Source: an uncultured bacterium
GTDB lineage: Bacteria > Pseudomonadota > Gammaproteobacteria > Burkholderiales > Burkholderiaceae_E
Assembly: GCA_903864485.1 (NCBI GenBank)
Contig: CAIPGD010000079.1
Location: forward strand, 1-63,635
Length of the DNA stretch: 63,635 nucleotides
Reading direction: 5' to 3'
Position numbers and translations under genes: made by a program. The notes under the pieces were generated by a model. That model saw only the letters and a list, made by a program, of their open reading frames with translations, did no database searches and was not told the DNA's origin. Within the stretch, counting starts at the first letter, position 1; each line of letters opens with the position of its first letter. Below are positions 21,049 through 31,315 of this stretch, one piece after another.

Positions 21049-21789
21049 ATGAGCGATCAAAAATTAGCCTACGTCACGGGCGGAATGGGCGGCATCGGGA
21101 CCGCAATTTGCCGGCGACTCCACGATGCGGGATTTAATGTCATCGCTGGATGTGGGCCATCCCGTGACCACGCCAAGTGGATCGAAGAGCAGGCCACCGA
21201 CGGCTACACCTTTCATGCCTCGGTCGGCAACGTCGGCGACTGGGATTCCTGCAAGGCCGCGTTTGACCAGGTGCGCGAGCAGTTCGGAAATCCTGACGTT
21301 TTGGTGAATAACGCTGGCATCACCCGCGACGGTGTTTTCCGCAAAATGTCGGCTGACGACTGGCGCGCCGTGATTGATACCAATCTGAACTCGCTTTTCT
21401 ACGTGACCAAGCAAGTGATCGAGGGCATGGTCGAAAAGGGATGGGGGCGGGTGATCAACATCTCGTCGATCAACGGCCAACGTGGGCAGTTTGGTCAGGT
21501 TAACTACTCGGCGGCCAAAGCCGGTATCTACGGTTTCACGATGGCGTTAGCCCAAGAAGTGGCATCCAAAGGGGTGACGGTTAACGTCGTATCCCCCGGT
21601 TATATTGCAACCGATATGGTCAAGGCGATGAAGCCTGAGGCGCTGGAGAAAATCACGGCGATGATTCCAGTGCGCCGACTTGGCACCCCCGAAGAAATCG
21701 GTTCGATGGTGGTGTGGCTTGCGTCGGAAGATGCCGGGTTTGCGACGGGCGCTGATTTCTCGGTCAACGGTGGCTTACATATGGGCTAA
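21049..21789 (+). CDS. phaB: acetoacetyl-CoA reductase (SDR family)
   Basis: TGGMGGIGTAI cofactor motif and YSAAKAG catalytic motif. AGGAGA lies upstream of ATG 21049. Confidence 0.9.
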   Translation: MSDQKLAYVTGGMGGIGTAICRRLHDAGFNVIAGCGPSRDHAKWIEEQATDGYTFHASVGNVGDWDSCKAAFDQVREQFGNPDVLVNNAGITRDGVFRKMSADDWRAVIDTNLNSLFYVTKQVIEGMVEKGWGRVINISSINGQRGQFGQVNYSAAKAGIYGFTMALAQEVASKGVTVNVVSPGYIATDMVKAMKPEALEKITAMIPVRRLGTPEEIGSMVVWLASEDAGFATGADFSVNGGLHMG

Positions 21790-21852
21790 AGGCCCCACGC
21801 CGTGATCGAACGCATGGGATAATCCGCGGATTGTTCCAAGGAGCGGTGTCCC

Positions 21853-22413
21853 GTGCGTCTCATCAAGAAGTATCCCAACCGCCGTCTCTACGACACGCAG
21901 ACCAGCGTTTACATCACACTGGTTGATGTCAAAGAGATGGTGTTGGCGCAGGACGAGTTCCAGGTCGTCGATGCGAAAACGGGGGATGACCTCACCCGCA
22001 GTATCTTGCTCCAGATCATCCTCGAAGAAGAGGCTAGCGGGCAGCCCTTGTTTTCGTCTTCGATGCTGTCGCAAATGATCCGCTTCTACGGCAACACGAT
22101 GCAGTCGATGATGGGCTCCTATCTCGAGAAAAATGTTCAGGCATTTGTTGAGATTCAGGCAAGAATCCAGGACCAATCACGCCAACTTTACGATTCAAAA
22201 GGCTTGCCGAGTGCCGAACTCTGGACGCAATTCATGAGTCTCCAAGCGCCCATGGTGCAGTCCATGATGTCGAATTACGTCGATCAGTCCAAAAATCTCT
22301 TCGTGCAGATGCAGGACCAGATGCAGCACAACGCGCGCTCGATGTTTACTGGTTTTCAGTTCCCCGTCCCCCCGGGCGGCGCAGGTGGTTCTGGCGGTGG
22401 CGAGCCCAAGTAA
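21853..22413 (+). CDS. phaR: polyhydroxyalkanoate synthesis repressor PhaR
   Basis: N-terminus [22 protein letters not shown] is characteristic of PhaR. GTG start with AAGGAG upstream. Confidence 0.88.
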   Translation: MRLIKKYPNRRLYDTQTSVYITLVDVKEMVLAQDEFQVVDAKTGDDLTRSILLQIILEEEASGQPLFSSSMLSQMIRFYGNTMQSMMGSYLEKNVQAFVEIQARIQDQSRQLYDSKGLPSAELWTQFMSLQAPMVQSMMSNYVDQSKNLFVQMQDQMQHNARSMFTGFQFPVPPGGAGGSGGGEPK

Positions 22414-22417
22414 TTTT

Positions 22418-23863
22418 GTGAATATCGTGCCTCGGGTTGGTTTTGTTTCGCTTGGGTGTCCCAAAGCGCTTGTCGACAGTGAACTCATCCTGACGCGATT
22501 GCGTTCGGATGGTTATGAGATCGCGCCGAACTACCGGGACTCCGATCTGGTGGTCGTGAACACCTGCGGTTTTATCGATGACGCTGTGCGCGAAAGCCTC
22601 GATGCGATCGGTGAAGCACTCGCCGAAAATGGTCGTGTGATCGTGACGGGGTGTCTTGGCGCGAAGACCGCTGAGGACGGCGCCAACTGGGTCGCTCAAG
22701 TTCATCCCAAAGTCTTGGCAGTGACCGGACCCCACGCGACGGATGCCGTGATCTCGCAGATTCACCGGCACCTGCCACAGCCTGATGCGGAACGGCCGAT
22801 TCAAAAACGAACTCCAACACCGCGAACGTCGGATCAGTCGATGATTGAGTTTGATCCAGGGGTCAAACTCACGCCGCCGCATTATGCGTATCTGAAGATC
22901 AGCGAGGGATGCAATCATCGTTGCACCTTTTGCATCATCCCTTCGATGCGCGGCGATCTGGTCAGTCGACCGATCAGCGAGGTGGTTCGTGAAGCCGAGG
23001 CACTCTTTAAGCGAGGTGTCCGAGAACTCCTGGTGATCTCTCAAGACACCTCAGCCTACGGCGTCGATATCAATTATCGAACTGAATTTTTAGACGGTCG
23101 ACCAGCTCGAACTCGTTTCGCGGATCTTGCCGAAGCACTCGGGCGGGTTGCTTCCGACCATGGCGGCTGGGTCCGGTTCCATTACGTCTATCCCTACCCA
23201 CATGTGGATGAGGTGGTTGGGATCATGGCCGACAGTCGTTACTCGAACGTGCTCGTGCCCTACCTTGATGTGCCATTCCAACACGCTCACCCCGACGTGC
23301 TTCGTCGAATGAAACGGCCGGCAAACGGCGAACGAAATCTTGAACGGATTCAGGCCTGGCGCGCAGTGTTGCCGAACCTCACGGTACGCAGTACGTTTAT
23401 TGCGGGCTTTCCGGGCGAGACCGAGTCTGAGTTTCAGGCTGTCCTTGATTTTTTGACCGCTGCCGAACTCGATCGAGTGGGCTGTTTTGCGTATTCACCG
23501 GTCGAAGGGGCTACGGCGAATGCGTTATCGGGGGCCGTTCCTTCTCAATTGCGCGAGGAGCGGCGCGATCGATTGATGGCCCATCAGGCCGATATCTCAT
23601 CACGGCGTTTGGCTCGACGAGTCGGGACGCAAGAACGTGTACTAATCGACGAGTTGGTGTGGCTTGTCGGTGACGAAGACCCCGACGACGCGCCGGGTGA
23701 ACCCACGGCGATTGCCCGCTCAACAGCAGATGCTCCCGAAATTGACGGTGTCGTTCGGGTCATCCTCAGTGCGAATCAGATGCGCGAACTGCGAGTGGGG
23801 CAGTTCATTGATGTCACGATTACTGCAGCTGATGAGCATGACCTTGAGGGGCGCCTGACATGA
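22418..23863 (+). CDS. rimO: ribosomal protein S12 methylthiotransferase RimO
   Basis: [17 protein letters not shown]-terminal Fe-S domain, radical-SAM [11 protein letters not shown], and a TRAM-like C-terminus. GTG 22418 chosen. Confidence 0.93.
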   Translation: MNIVPRVGFVSLGCPKALVDSELILTRLRSDGYEIAPNYRDSDLVVVNTCGFIDDAVRESLDAIGEALAENGRVIVTGCLGAKTAEDGANWVAQVHPKVLAVTGPHATDAVISQIHRHLPQPDAERPIQKRTPTPRTSDQSMIEFDPGVKLTPPHYAYLKISEGCNHRCTFCIIPSMRGDLVSRPISEVVREAEALFKRGVRELLVISQDTSAYGVDINYRTEFLDGRPARTRFADLAEALGRVASDHGGWVRFHYVYPYPHVDEVVGIMADSRYSNVLVPYLDVPFQHAHPDVLRRMKRPANGERNLERIQAWRAVLPNLTVRSTFIAGFPGETESEFQAVLDFLTAAELDRVGCFAYSPVEGATANALSGAVPSQLREERRDRLMAHQADISSRRLARRVGTQERVLIDELVWLVGDEDPDDAPGEPTAIARSTADAPEIDGVVRVILSANQMRELRVGQFIDVTITAADEHDLEGRLT

Positions 23864-24864
23864 CCCGGTCGCTTCGAACATTTTTAATCGTTCTGATGTG
23901 CGTGGTGTCAACCGCCACGCAGGCACAGGCACAGGCACAGGCACAGACCCTGCAGACGACCGGTTCACCCGCGTCGCCGTTTTATTTTGTTGCGCTCGGC
24001 GACCTGCCGTATGGGCCCGCGATGCTGTCGCATCCCCCCTATGAGCGACTGATTGCGCAGATCAATCGCCTCGATCCGGTTTTCAGTGTCCACATTGGCG
24101 ACTTTAAGTCAGGCAGTTCAATTTGCTCGGACGAAGCCTTTATTGAGCAACTCGGCTTTTTCAATCGCTTTGAACGACCGCTGGTCTATACGCCAGGTGA
24201 TAACGAATGGACGGACTGTCATCGGGCGCTTGCTGGACGATTTGATCCCCGCGAACGCCTCAGTCGTCTGCGCCAACTATTTTTTACCGAAGCCCGATCT
24301 TTGGGGCGGGGACGTATGGCGTTGGAGCGTCAATCAGAGGTCGATCCGAAGTTTGAAACGTACGTAGAAAACGCACGATTCGCTGTTCATAGCGTTCAGT
24401 TCCTCACCGCCCACATCGTGGGCTCGAACAATGGGCTGGACCCTAAGGACCCCGCGGCGGTTGAAGAGTTCAAAGCCAGGGAACTGGCAGTTGTGAGCTG
24501 GCTCGAACAAGGTTTTGCCAAGGCTGTTCGCGAGCAGGCCCCGGCGATCGTCGTGATGTTTCATGCCGACGTATTGGATGACAAAGGAAGCCGTGCGGGC
24601 TTTGCCGAAAATAGCGGATTTGCCCGGGTTATCGGGCGCACGTTGCTTCCGCTGGCAAAGGAATTTGATCGCCCCGTCCTTGTGATTCACGGCGATTCCC
24701 ATCAATTCCGGGTCGACAACCCTTTTCTGGATTCTCTTGGGCAGCCCATCACCAATCTCACACGTCTCGAAGTTTTCGGCGCCACAGACACCCGCGGCGT
24801 CAAAGTCACGGTGGATCTTGGCAGCCGCTCTGTGTTTGGATTTACGGTGGTGGATGGATCATGA
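23860..24864 (+). CDS. secreted metallophosphoesterase-like protein, function unknown
   Basis: Signal peptide followed by motifs resembling calcineurin-like phosphoesterases: [36 protein letters not shown]. The ATG overlaps the rimO stop (ATGA). Confidence 0.6.
   Translation: MTRSLRTFLIVLMCVVSTATQAQAQAQAQTLQTTGSPASPFYFVALGDLPYGPAMLSHPPYERLIAQINRLDPVFSVHIGDFKSGSSICSDEAFIEQLGFFNRFERPLVYTPGDNEWTDCHRALAGRFDPRERLSRLRQLFFTEARSLGRGRMALERQSEVDPKFETYVENARFAVHSVQFLTAHIVGSNNGLDPKDPAAVEEFKARELAVVSWLEQGFAKAVREQAPAIVVMFHADVLDDKGSRAGFAENSGFARVIGRTLLPLAKEFDRPVLVIHGDSHQFRVDNPFLDSLGQPITNLTRLEVFGATDTRGVKVTVDLGSRSVFGFTVVDGS
23920..23946 (+). repeat. hexanucleotide repeat (CAGGCA)x4 plus CAG in the signal-peptide cleavage region
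   Basis: Read directly. It encodes QAQAQAQAQ. Confidence 0.95.
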
Positions 24865-25863
24865 GGCCGGCAGAAAGTCCAGCAGACGATCAAGGCCGCC
24901 GTACTGAATAGCGATATTGGCTTGTGCTGCCACAACGGGCTTGGCATGGTAGGCAACACCAAGTCCAGCGAGGCCGAGCATCTTGAGATCATTGGCGCCA
25001 TCGCCGATCGCGATGCTTTGGTCGATGTTCACGCCGAATTCACAACACACCCTTTGGAGTTCGGCAGCTTTTTCTTCGGCGTCGACAATCTGACCAAGGA
25101 CTCGTCCGGTCAGCTTGCCATCAACGACTTCAAGTTGATTTGCACGGGCGGCCGCCAGGCCCAAACGGTCGCGCAGGCGATCTGTAAAAAACGTGAATCC
25201 ACCCGATACCAGTAAGGTCTTAAGTCCTGCGGTATGCGCGGCGCTCAAAAGTCGATCTGCGCCAGGTGATAGCCGAAGGCGCTCGTTATAGACCGATTCG
25301 AGAGCGCTCGAATCAAGGCCCGCCAGCAGGGCGACCCGCTGGCGCAAGCTTTCGGAAAAATTTGGAATCTCGCCCCGCATGGCGGCTTCGGTAATTGATG
25401 CGATTTCTGCTTTGCGCCCACACCAGTCGCCCAGTTCATCGATGCATTCGATCGTGATGAGCGTCGAGTCCATGTCCATCGCAAGTACGCCGTAGTCACT
25501 CAGCCGGCGACGGCCCGATGGCAGGAAGGCATGGTCAACTTCATGCCTTTCACACAAAGCCGCGACCGCTGTCCGCCACTCTGAAGTAACCCCGAGCGAA
25601 CCGAATCGCAGGGTTGAACTGCCGCTGTTTCCCGTCAAAACTGGTGATCGAAGGCCCTCAATCCATGAGGCAATCTGTTGCAGTAAATGATTTAACGAAT
25701 CTGGCCGATCCATGTCTAGCAATGCACCCCGCGCTGACCCCGCGTGGTCTAACCCCCCGATCATCCCGAGCCCTTGCACGTTTTCTTTAACGAGAACGAG
25801 GTCAAACGGGGAGGTCTCTGGCGTGCGGTCTGTGACGTCTAACACTTGAGTCGACGTATTCAT
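24859..25863 (-). CDS. serB: phosphoserine phosphatase
   Basis: HAD motifs DMDSTLITIE and GDGANDL...AYHAKP, with an N-terminal regulatory domain. The ATG overlaps the mfd stop (ATGA). Confidence 0.88.
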   Translation of the reverse strand: MNTSTQVLDVTDRTPETSPFDLVLVKENVQGLGMIGGLDHAGSARGALLDMDRPDSLNHLLQQIASWIEGLRSPVLTGNSGSSTLRFGSLGVTSEWRTAVAALCERHEVDHAFLPSGRRRLSDYGVLAMDMDSTLITIECIDELGDWCGRKAEIASITEAAMRGEIPNFSESLRQRVALLAGLDSSALESVYNERLRLSPGADRLLSAAHTAGLKTLLVSGGFTFFTDRLRDRLGLAAARANQLEVVDGKLTGRVLGQIVDAEEKAAELQRVCCEFGVNIDQSIAIGDGANDLKMLGLAGLGVAYHAKPVVAAQANIAIQYGGLDRLLDFLPAS

Positions 25864-28800
25864 ACCTTGGCCAGCTGAGCCTGGGGTTTGAGTGCTTTGC
25901 AGGTGGCGCGAATCCGCTGGAGTCGAGTATTTAGATCCGCCTCCTTCAGGGTGATCCGGATGCGGTCCGATCCGGTCATCCGGACATCCTTCTGTGATTG
26001 CAAATAGCGGATGATCGTTTCGGGCTCGACGGTCGAATCCTGACCAAATTGAAGAACAATCGCTTCGCTTGCAGCATCGATTCGACTCAAACCCAAGGTC
26101 TGTGCAATGAGGCGCAGGCGGTGGGTTTCGATCAACGCATGGGCCGGCTCTGGGAGCTTCCCAAATCGATCCACAAGTTCCTCGGTCAAGCCCTCGAGTG
26201 CATCGGCATCTGCGGCGCTCGCCAATCGTTTGTAGAGTGTCAGACGCTCATGAACATCCGGACAATAGTCGTTGGGCAAAAGCGCGGGGGTATGCAGGTT
26301 GATTTCCGTGGTGACGCCCAATGGGGCATTCAGGTCGGGTTCGCGTCCTGCCTTCAGGGATCGGACCGCCTGCTCAATCATGTCAACATAAATCTGGAAT
26401 CCGACCGCAGAGACTTCGCCTGACTGGTGCTCGCCCAGCACTTCGCCCGCACCGCGAATCTCCAGATCGTGCATCGCAAGATAGAACCCACTCCCAAGTT
26501 CTTCCATGGCCTGGATGGCCTGCAGTCGCTTTAGCGCGTCCTTGGTGATCGCCGATTCGTCTGGTGTCAGTAGATAGGCGTAGGCCTGATGATGCGATCG
26601 ACCGACCCGACCCCGTAATTGATGCAACTGGCCGAGTCCAAAGCGATCTGCGCGGTGAATGACGATGGTGTTGGCAGTCGGTACATCAATGCCGGTTTCG
26701 ATAATTGTTGTACACAAAAGTACATTGAAGCGTTGTTGATGAAAGTCCTTCATCACGCGCTCTAGCTCTCGCTCATGCATCTGTCCGTGGGCTACAGCGA
26801 TGCGCGCTTCGGGCACGAGTTCTACCAACATCTGTCGACGGTTCTCAATGGTCTCGACTTCATTGTGCAGAAAGTACGCCTGGCCGCCGCGTTTCAACTC
26901 GCGCAACAAGGCCTCGCGGATCGCACCGGCTTCCTCGCGCCGCACAAAGGTCTTGATGGCCAGTCGTCGCTGGGGGGCCGTGGCAATAATTGAGAAGTCG
27001 CGCATCCCCTCAAGGCTCATCGCCAGGGTTCGGGGGATCGGTGTGGCGGTCAGGGTCAGCACGTCAACCTCTGAGCGCATGTTCTTGAGTGCCTCCTTCT
27101 GGCGCACGCCAAACCGGTGTTCTTCGTCGATGATCAGCAGGCCCAGGCGCTTAAATTGAACATCCTTGGCGAGTAATTTATGGGTGCCAATGACGATGTC
27201 GATGGTCCCGTCAGCCAACCCGGCAAGCGCTGCCTTAATTTCCTTGGGGTTGCGAAAACGACTGAGTTCAGCGACCTTGACTGGCCAGTCAGCAAATCGA
27301 CTGCTCACGGACTCGTAGTGCTGCTCTGCCAACAACGTGGTTGGGACCAGAATGGCCACCTGCTTGCCATCCGAAACCGCAACAAACGCGGCGCGCAAGG
27401 CGACTTCCGTCTTGCCAAAACCGACATCACCACAAACCAAGCGGTCCATGGGCTTTCCAGATACCAAATCTTGAATCGTTGCATGAATGGCGGCCAGTTG
27501 ATCGGCCGTTTCCTCGAAGCCAAATCCCTCGGCAAACGCTTCGTAAGCCTTGGCATCGAAGGCAAAGGCATGGCCGCTTCGGGCGGCCCGACGAGCATAG
27601 AGATTCAGCAATTCGGCAGCCGTATCACGAGCCTGAGCGGCTGCTTTACGTCGAGCTTTTTCCCACTGCCCTGACCCGAGCGCATGAAGCGGAGCATCTT
27701 CAGGGGCAGCCCCGGTGTAGCGACCGATCAACTGGAGGGCACTCACGGGAACAAATAACTTGGTCTGATTGGCGTAAATCAGCTCAAGAAATTCCGCTGC
27801 CCCGTCGCCCAGATCCATTGTGATCAAGCCGCAATAGCGACCGATGCCGTGGTGCGCATGGACGACCGGATCGCCAATCTTGAGTTCAGACAGGTCGCGG
27901 ACGATCGCATCGACATTGGTTTGCTGCCCGCGCGAACCCCGGCCCCTGCGGCGTACCGTTCCGCGGAATAGTTCACCTTCTGTAACGATTGCAATCGGGG
28001 TGTCCGTCGAACCCTGCGGCGCTGCGCTCGCCAGTGAAAATCCATCAGTAAGAGGGCCAATGCCCAAGCCAAAGGGACACTCACTCGCAAGGAATGCCTG
28101 CCATGACTCGATTGGATGCGGCTTCAGACCGGCTTCAATGAAGAGTGTGGTCAGTGTCTCGCGACGGCCTGCTGATTCCGCCAGAACGAAAACGCGCCCG
28201 CCGTGCGTTGCATTGGTGAAGTGCCCAATGAAACTTCGAAAGGCGGCTACAGGGTCCTCAGCACGTCGCTCCACGCTCAGATCGGGGAGCTGACGCGACG
28301 GCGGCGGCGCCTCGGTTTCGGACCCTGTGAGGACTTGACCGGTATTGACCCGGCGCAGGGTGATTCGCCCGAAGTTTCGAGCGGCAACGAAAAACTGATC
28401 TGGAGATAGGAATAATTCTTCGGGCTTTAATAATGGGCGTTCGGAATCATGGGCTAAGAAGCGCCACCTGTTCTGTGCGTCCTCCCGAAAACTTCGTGTG
28501 GCCGCCTCGACATCACCATGTAGCGCCAGGAGAGCGTTCGTGGGCAGGTATTCGAAAACAGTCGCAGTCGTTTCGAAAAAAAGCGGCAGCCAGTATTCAA
28601 TGCCGCCCGCAGCGATGCCGTTACCGAGATCCCGGTAGATCGGCGCACGCGAGGGGTCGCCTTCGAAGCGTTCACGCCAACGGCTGCGAAAGGCGTTACG
28701 TGCGGCTTCGTCGAGTGGGAATTCACGTCCGGGGAGTAACCGTACGGACTCCACCGGATAGAGTGTTCTCTGGGTGTCGGGATCGAATGCCCGGATCGAC

Positions 28801-29423
28801 TCAACGTCCTCATCGAAAAGGTCGATTCGATAAGGCAGTAGCGACCCCATGGGGAAGAGGTCGATCAAGCCGCCGCGCACCGAGTATTCCCCGGGCTTGA
28901 GGACCTGCGCGACATGGTCATAACCGGCCAGCACAAGCTGAGCGCGCAGGCCCTTAGCATCGAGTGCCGACCCTTTGGTGAATTCAAAGGCATGCGCCGC
29001 CAGGAAGCCCGTGGGGGCCAGGCGCTGCAGAGCGGTGGAGGCAGCCAGCACAACCACGTCCACCTCTCGGCGCCCCAAGCGCCAGAGGGTCGCGAGGCGC
29101 TCGCTGATCAGATCCTGGTGGGGTGAAAACGCGTCGTAGGGGAGTGTCTCCCAATCGGGCAATTGAGCCACCCTCAACTGGGGGGCAAACCAGGCGATTT
29201 CTTCGCTCAGACGAGCAACGTCGGGCGCGTTGGCCGCAATAACGACAAGCAGGCGGCGCTCCGCGAACGCGCGGTTACCGCATTCAGCGAGATGCAGCGC
29301 GTCGGCAGCGCCTGTGGTGGGGGCAACACTCCAGGCCGCCCCTTCCTTTGGCAGTGAATGGGTTGCCAGGCGAATCGTGCTTGCGCTGGTGTGCTCGGGT
29401 GTGTCTTTGCGAAGATTCAACAT
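25860..29423 (-). CDS. mfd: transcription-repair coupling factor
   Basis: DWETLPYDAFSPHQDLISERL UvrB-homology region, helicase motifs GDVGFGKTEVALRA and IIDEEHRFG, and a TRG region. ATG 29423 (MLNLRKD...) is used rather than the 1368-aa ORF. Confidence 0.95.
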   Translation of the reverse strand: MLNLRKDTPEHTSASTIRLATHSLPKEGAAWSVAPTTGAADALHLAECGNRAFAERRLLVVIAANAPDVARLSEEIAWFAPQLRVAQLPDWETLPYDAFSPHQDLISERLATLWRLGRREVDVVVLAASTALQRLAPTGFLAAHAFEFTKGSALDAKGLRAQLVLAGYDHVAQVLKPGEYSVRGGLIDLFPMGSLLPYRIDLFDEDVESIRAFDPDTQRTLYPVESVRLLPGREFPLDEAARNAFRSRWRERFEGDPSRAPIYRDLGNGIAAGGIEYWLPLFFETTATVFEYLPTNALLALHGDVEAATRSFREDAQNRWRFLAHDSERPLLKPEELFLSPDQFFVAARNFGRITLRRVNTGQVLTGSETEAPPPSRQLPDLSVERRAEDPVAAFRSFIGHFTNATHGGRVFVLAESAGRRETLTTLFIEAGLKPHPIESWQAFLASECPFGLGIGPLTDGFSLASAAPQGSTDTPIAIVTEGELFRGTVRRRGRGSRGQQTNVDAIVRDLSELKIGDPVVHAHHGIGRYCGLITMDLGDGAAEFLELIYANQTKLFVPVSALQLIGRYTGAAPEDAPLHALGSGQWEKARRKAAAQARDTAAELLNLYARRAARSGHAFAFDAKAYEAFAEGFGFEETADQLAAIHATIQDLVSGKPMDRLVCGDVGFGKTEVALRAAFVAVSDGKQVAILVPTTLLAEQHYESVSSRFADWPVKVAELSRFRNPKEIKAALAGLADGTIDIVIGTHKLLAKDVQFKRLGLLIIDEEHRFGVRQKEALKNMRSEVDVLTLTATPIPRTLAMSLEGMRDFSIIATAPQRRLAIKTFVRREEAGAIREALLRELKRGGQAYFLHNEVETIENRRQMLVELVPEARIAVAHGQMHERELERVMKDFHQQRFNVLLCTTIIETGIDVPTANTIVIHRADRFGLGQLHQLRGRVGRSHHQAYAYLLTPDESAITKDALKRLQAIQAMEELGSGFYLAMHDLEIRGAGEVLGEHQSGEVSAVGFQIYVDMIEQAVRSLKAGREPDLNAPLGVTTEINLHTPALLPNDYCPDVHERLTLYKRLASAADADALEGLTEELVDRFGKLPEPAHALIETHRLRLIAQTLGLSRIDAASEAIVLQFGQDSTVEPETIIRYLQSQKDVRMTGSDRIRITLKEADLNTRLQRIRATCKALKPQAQLAKV

Positions 29424-29449
29424 GGCGCGAAGTCTATAGAATCTCGGAC

Positions 29450-30172
29450 ATGGTGCAGCCAGAACCGCAAACCCCGATCGGCCCGATTCGACATGTCGCA
29501 CTGATACCGGCTGCCGGCGAGGGCCGGCGGATGGGCGCTGCCGTCCCCAAGCAATACCTGAGGTTGCATGGCAAATCGCTGTTGTCGCACGTGGTCCAAG
29601 CGTTCCAGCAGGCGCAACGGATCGACGGCATCGCAGTTGTCGTGGCCGCTCATGACACTGAAGTTGAGGAGCATCTCGGTGACTCGATCGGGAGACGACC
29701 GCTTGTTCTGCGGGTGGGCGGCGCAACGCGTCGTGATTCGGTGTTGAACGGGCTGATGGCTCTGCGCGATCAGCCTCTGGCGCTGGCCGACCATGATCGG
29801 GTGTTGGTTCACGATGCGGCTCGCGCCGGGATTCTCCCAGGGCAAATTGACGGATTGATTGAACAGCTCGAGGCGGATCCGATCGGCGGGTTGTTGGCGC
29901 TTCCGGTGGTTGACACGGTGAAGCGGGTCTGCGACGGGCGCATCGTAGCCACCGAAGATCGTGCACTTCTGTGGCTGGCGCAGACCCCTCAGTTGTTTCC
30001 GGTCGGGTTGCTTCAACAAGCGCTCGAACGTCATCCAGAAGTGACCGATGAGGCCAGGGCGATGGAGCTTGAAGGATGGCACCCGCGGGTATTGCCGGGC
30101 ACCAAAGGGAATCTTAAGGTCACAGTAAGCGAAGACCTCGAGTGGCTTTCGCGTTCATGGGAGATTCGATGA
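29450..30172 (+). CDS. ispD: 2-C-methyl-D-erythritol 4-phosphate cytidylyltransferase
   Basis: [14 protein letters not shown]-loop-like motif, and it is followed by an overlapping ispF. Confidence 0.93.
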   Translation: MVQPEPQTPIGPIRHVALIPAAGEGRRMGAAVPKQYLRLHGKSLLSHVVQAFQQAQRIDGIAVVVAAHDTEVEEHLGDSIGRRPLVLRVGGATRRDSVLNGLMALRDQPLALADHDRVLVHDAARAGILPGQIDGLIEQLEADPIGGLLALPVVDTVKRVCDGRIVATEDRALLWLAQTPQLFPVGLLQQALERHPEVTDEARAMELEGWHPRVLPGTKGNLKVTVSEDLEWLSRSWEIR

Positions 30173-30678
30173 CCGCGGTTCGCAATTCGATCCGGATCGG
30201 GCAGGGCTGGGATATTCACGCGTTGGTGTCGGGCCGACCGCTAATTCTGGGTGGCATTACGATTCCACATTCTCATGGTCTTCTTGGGCATTCCGATGCG
30301 GACGCGCTCTTGCATGCGATAACGGACGCCCTGTTGGGTGCGGCTGGGTTGGGCGACATCGGTCAACACTTTCCGGACAACGACCCGCAGTATCGGGGCG
30401 CCGACAGCCGGATTTTGCTGGGGCGAGTGCTTCAGACGATCACCACCGCAGGCTGGGAAATTGGGAACCTGGACGCAACGATCATCGCCCAGGCCCCTAA
30501 ACTCGCGCCGCACCTGCCGCGCATGATCGAATCAATCGCTCAGGTGCTCCAGCTCGACGCCAGTGCGATCAACATAAAGGCCAAAACGGCTGAAGGATTT
30601 GGCGCAGTTGGACGCGCTGAAGCGATCGAAGTTCAGGCGGTTGTTTTACTGTCCCGCCTGAATCTCAGCTCAACCTAG
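30169..30678 (+). CDS. ispF: 2-C-methyl-D-erythritol 2,4-cyclodiphosphate synthase
   Basis: [12 protein letters not shown] and [15 protein letters not shown] zinc-site motifs. ATGA overlap with ispD. Confidence 0.95.
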   Translation: MTAVRNSIRIGQGWDIHALVSGRPLILGGITIPHSHGLLGHSDADALLHAITDALLGAAGLGDIGQHFPDNDPQYRGADSRILLGRVLQTITTAGWEIGNLDATIIAQAPKLAPHLPRMIESIAQVLQLDASAINIKAKTAEGFGAVGRAEAIEVQAVVLLSRLNLSST

Positions 30679-30690
30679 TTCGAACAAGGT

Positions 30691-31275
30691 TCAGGCCAGG
30701 TCAGCGACCAGCGCGTTACGCTGCTCGTTACTCAGTGGCGACACCGTTGCAGAGTAGGCTGGGTGCGTGACGCCGATGCTCAAGCTGACGCCATATTTCA
30801 GCGCCGCGGCCATATCCGGCGTGAGTTCAAAACGCAGAAAATGAACCGAACTTGTCTTCTGTTCGTTCTCTCGTTCGAGATCTTCATCGGCGATGGCAAA
30901 GACCTTGGCTGAACCTTCTACTTGAACCCAGACCTGGCGCTCGATGCCATGCATCTTGGCGAGCGCTGCTTTACGGGCCTTCTCGTCGCCATATTCGATC
31001 AGCATGGTCGCTTTGAAATTGCTACCGTCGGGGATCAGCGGGGTATACGACTCCAGTTCATGTTGAATACCTTCTTCCTCGAAGATCTTCTCAACCCGCA
31101 ACATTTCCTGGATTTGATAACGAATCGTCTTCTCGTCCTCGAATAGCAGGTTGACATGCTCACCCAGATGAACAGATCGCAGTTTTTTGTGAGCGATGAT
31201 TTGCTCACGCAGTTCGGGCCGCGCCTTGGCGTAGGCCTCGAGGGTCATGAGTGATTCACGAGTAACTTTAGTCAT
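30691..31275 (-). CDS. DUF3501-like protein, function unknown
   Basis: 194-aa acidic protein with no Cys. I assign it to DUF3501 from memory because it sits immediately downstream of an HdrD-like Fe-S gene and a rubrerythrin. Not verified by search. Confidence 0.6.
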   Translation of the reverse strand: MTKVTRESLMTLEAYAKARPELREQIIAHKKLRSVHLGEHVNLLFEDEKTIRYQIQEMLRVEKIFEEEGIQHELESYTPLIPDGSNFKATMLIEYGDEKARKAALAKMHGIERQVWVQVEGSAKVFAIADEDLERENEQKTSSVHFLRFELTPDMAAALKYGVSLSIGVTHPAYSATVSPLSNEQRNALVADLA

Positions 31276-31315
31276 GGCGTGTTTTCCTTAGGAGGGTTTG
31301 GAATTCTGTTGCAGA

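Noticed and set aside
29424-29966. 181-codon N-terminal extension of the mfd ORF (the 1368-aa ORF in the track)
   Set aside because: It runs antisense through the first ~170 codons of ispD. It is Arg/Pro/Ser-rich low-complexity sequence typical of an off-frame GC-rich read-through. Mfd homology starts only after ATG 29423.
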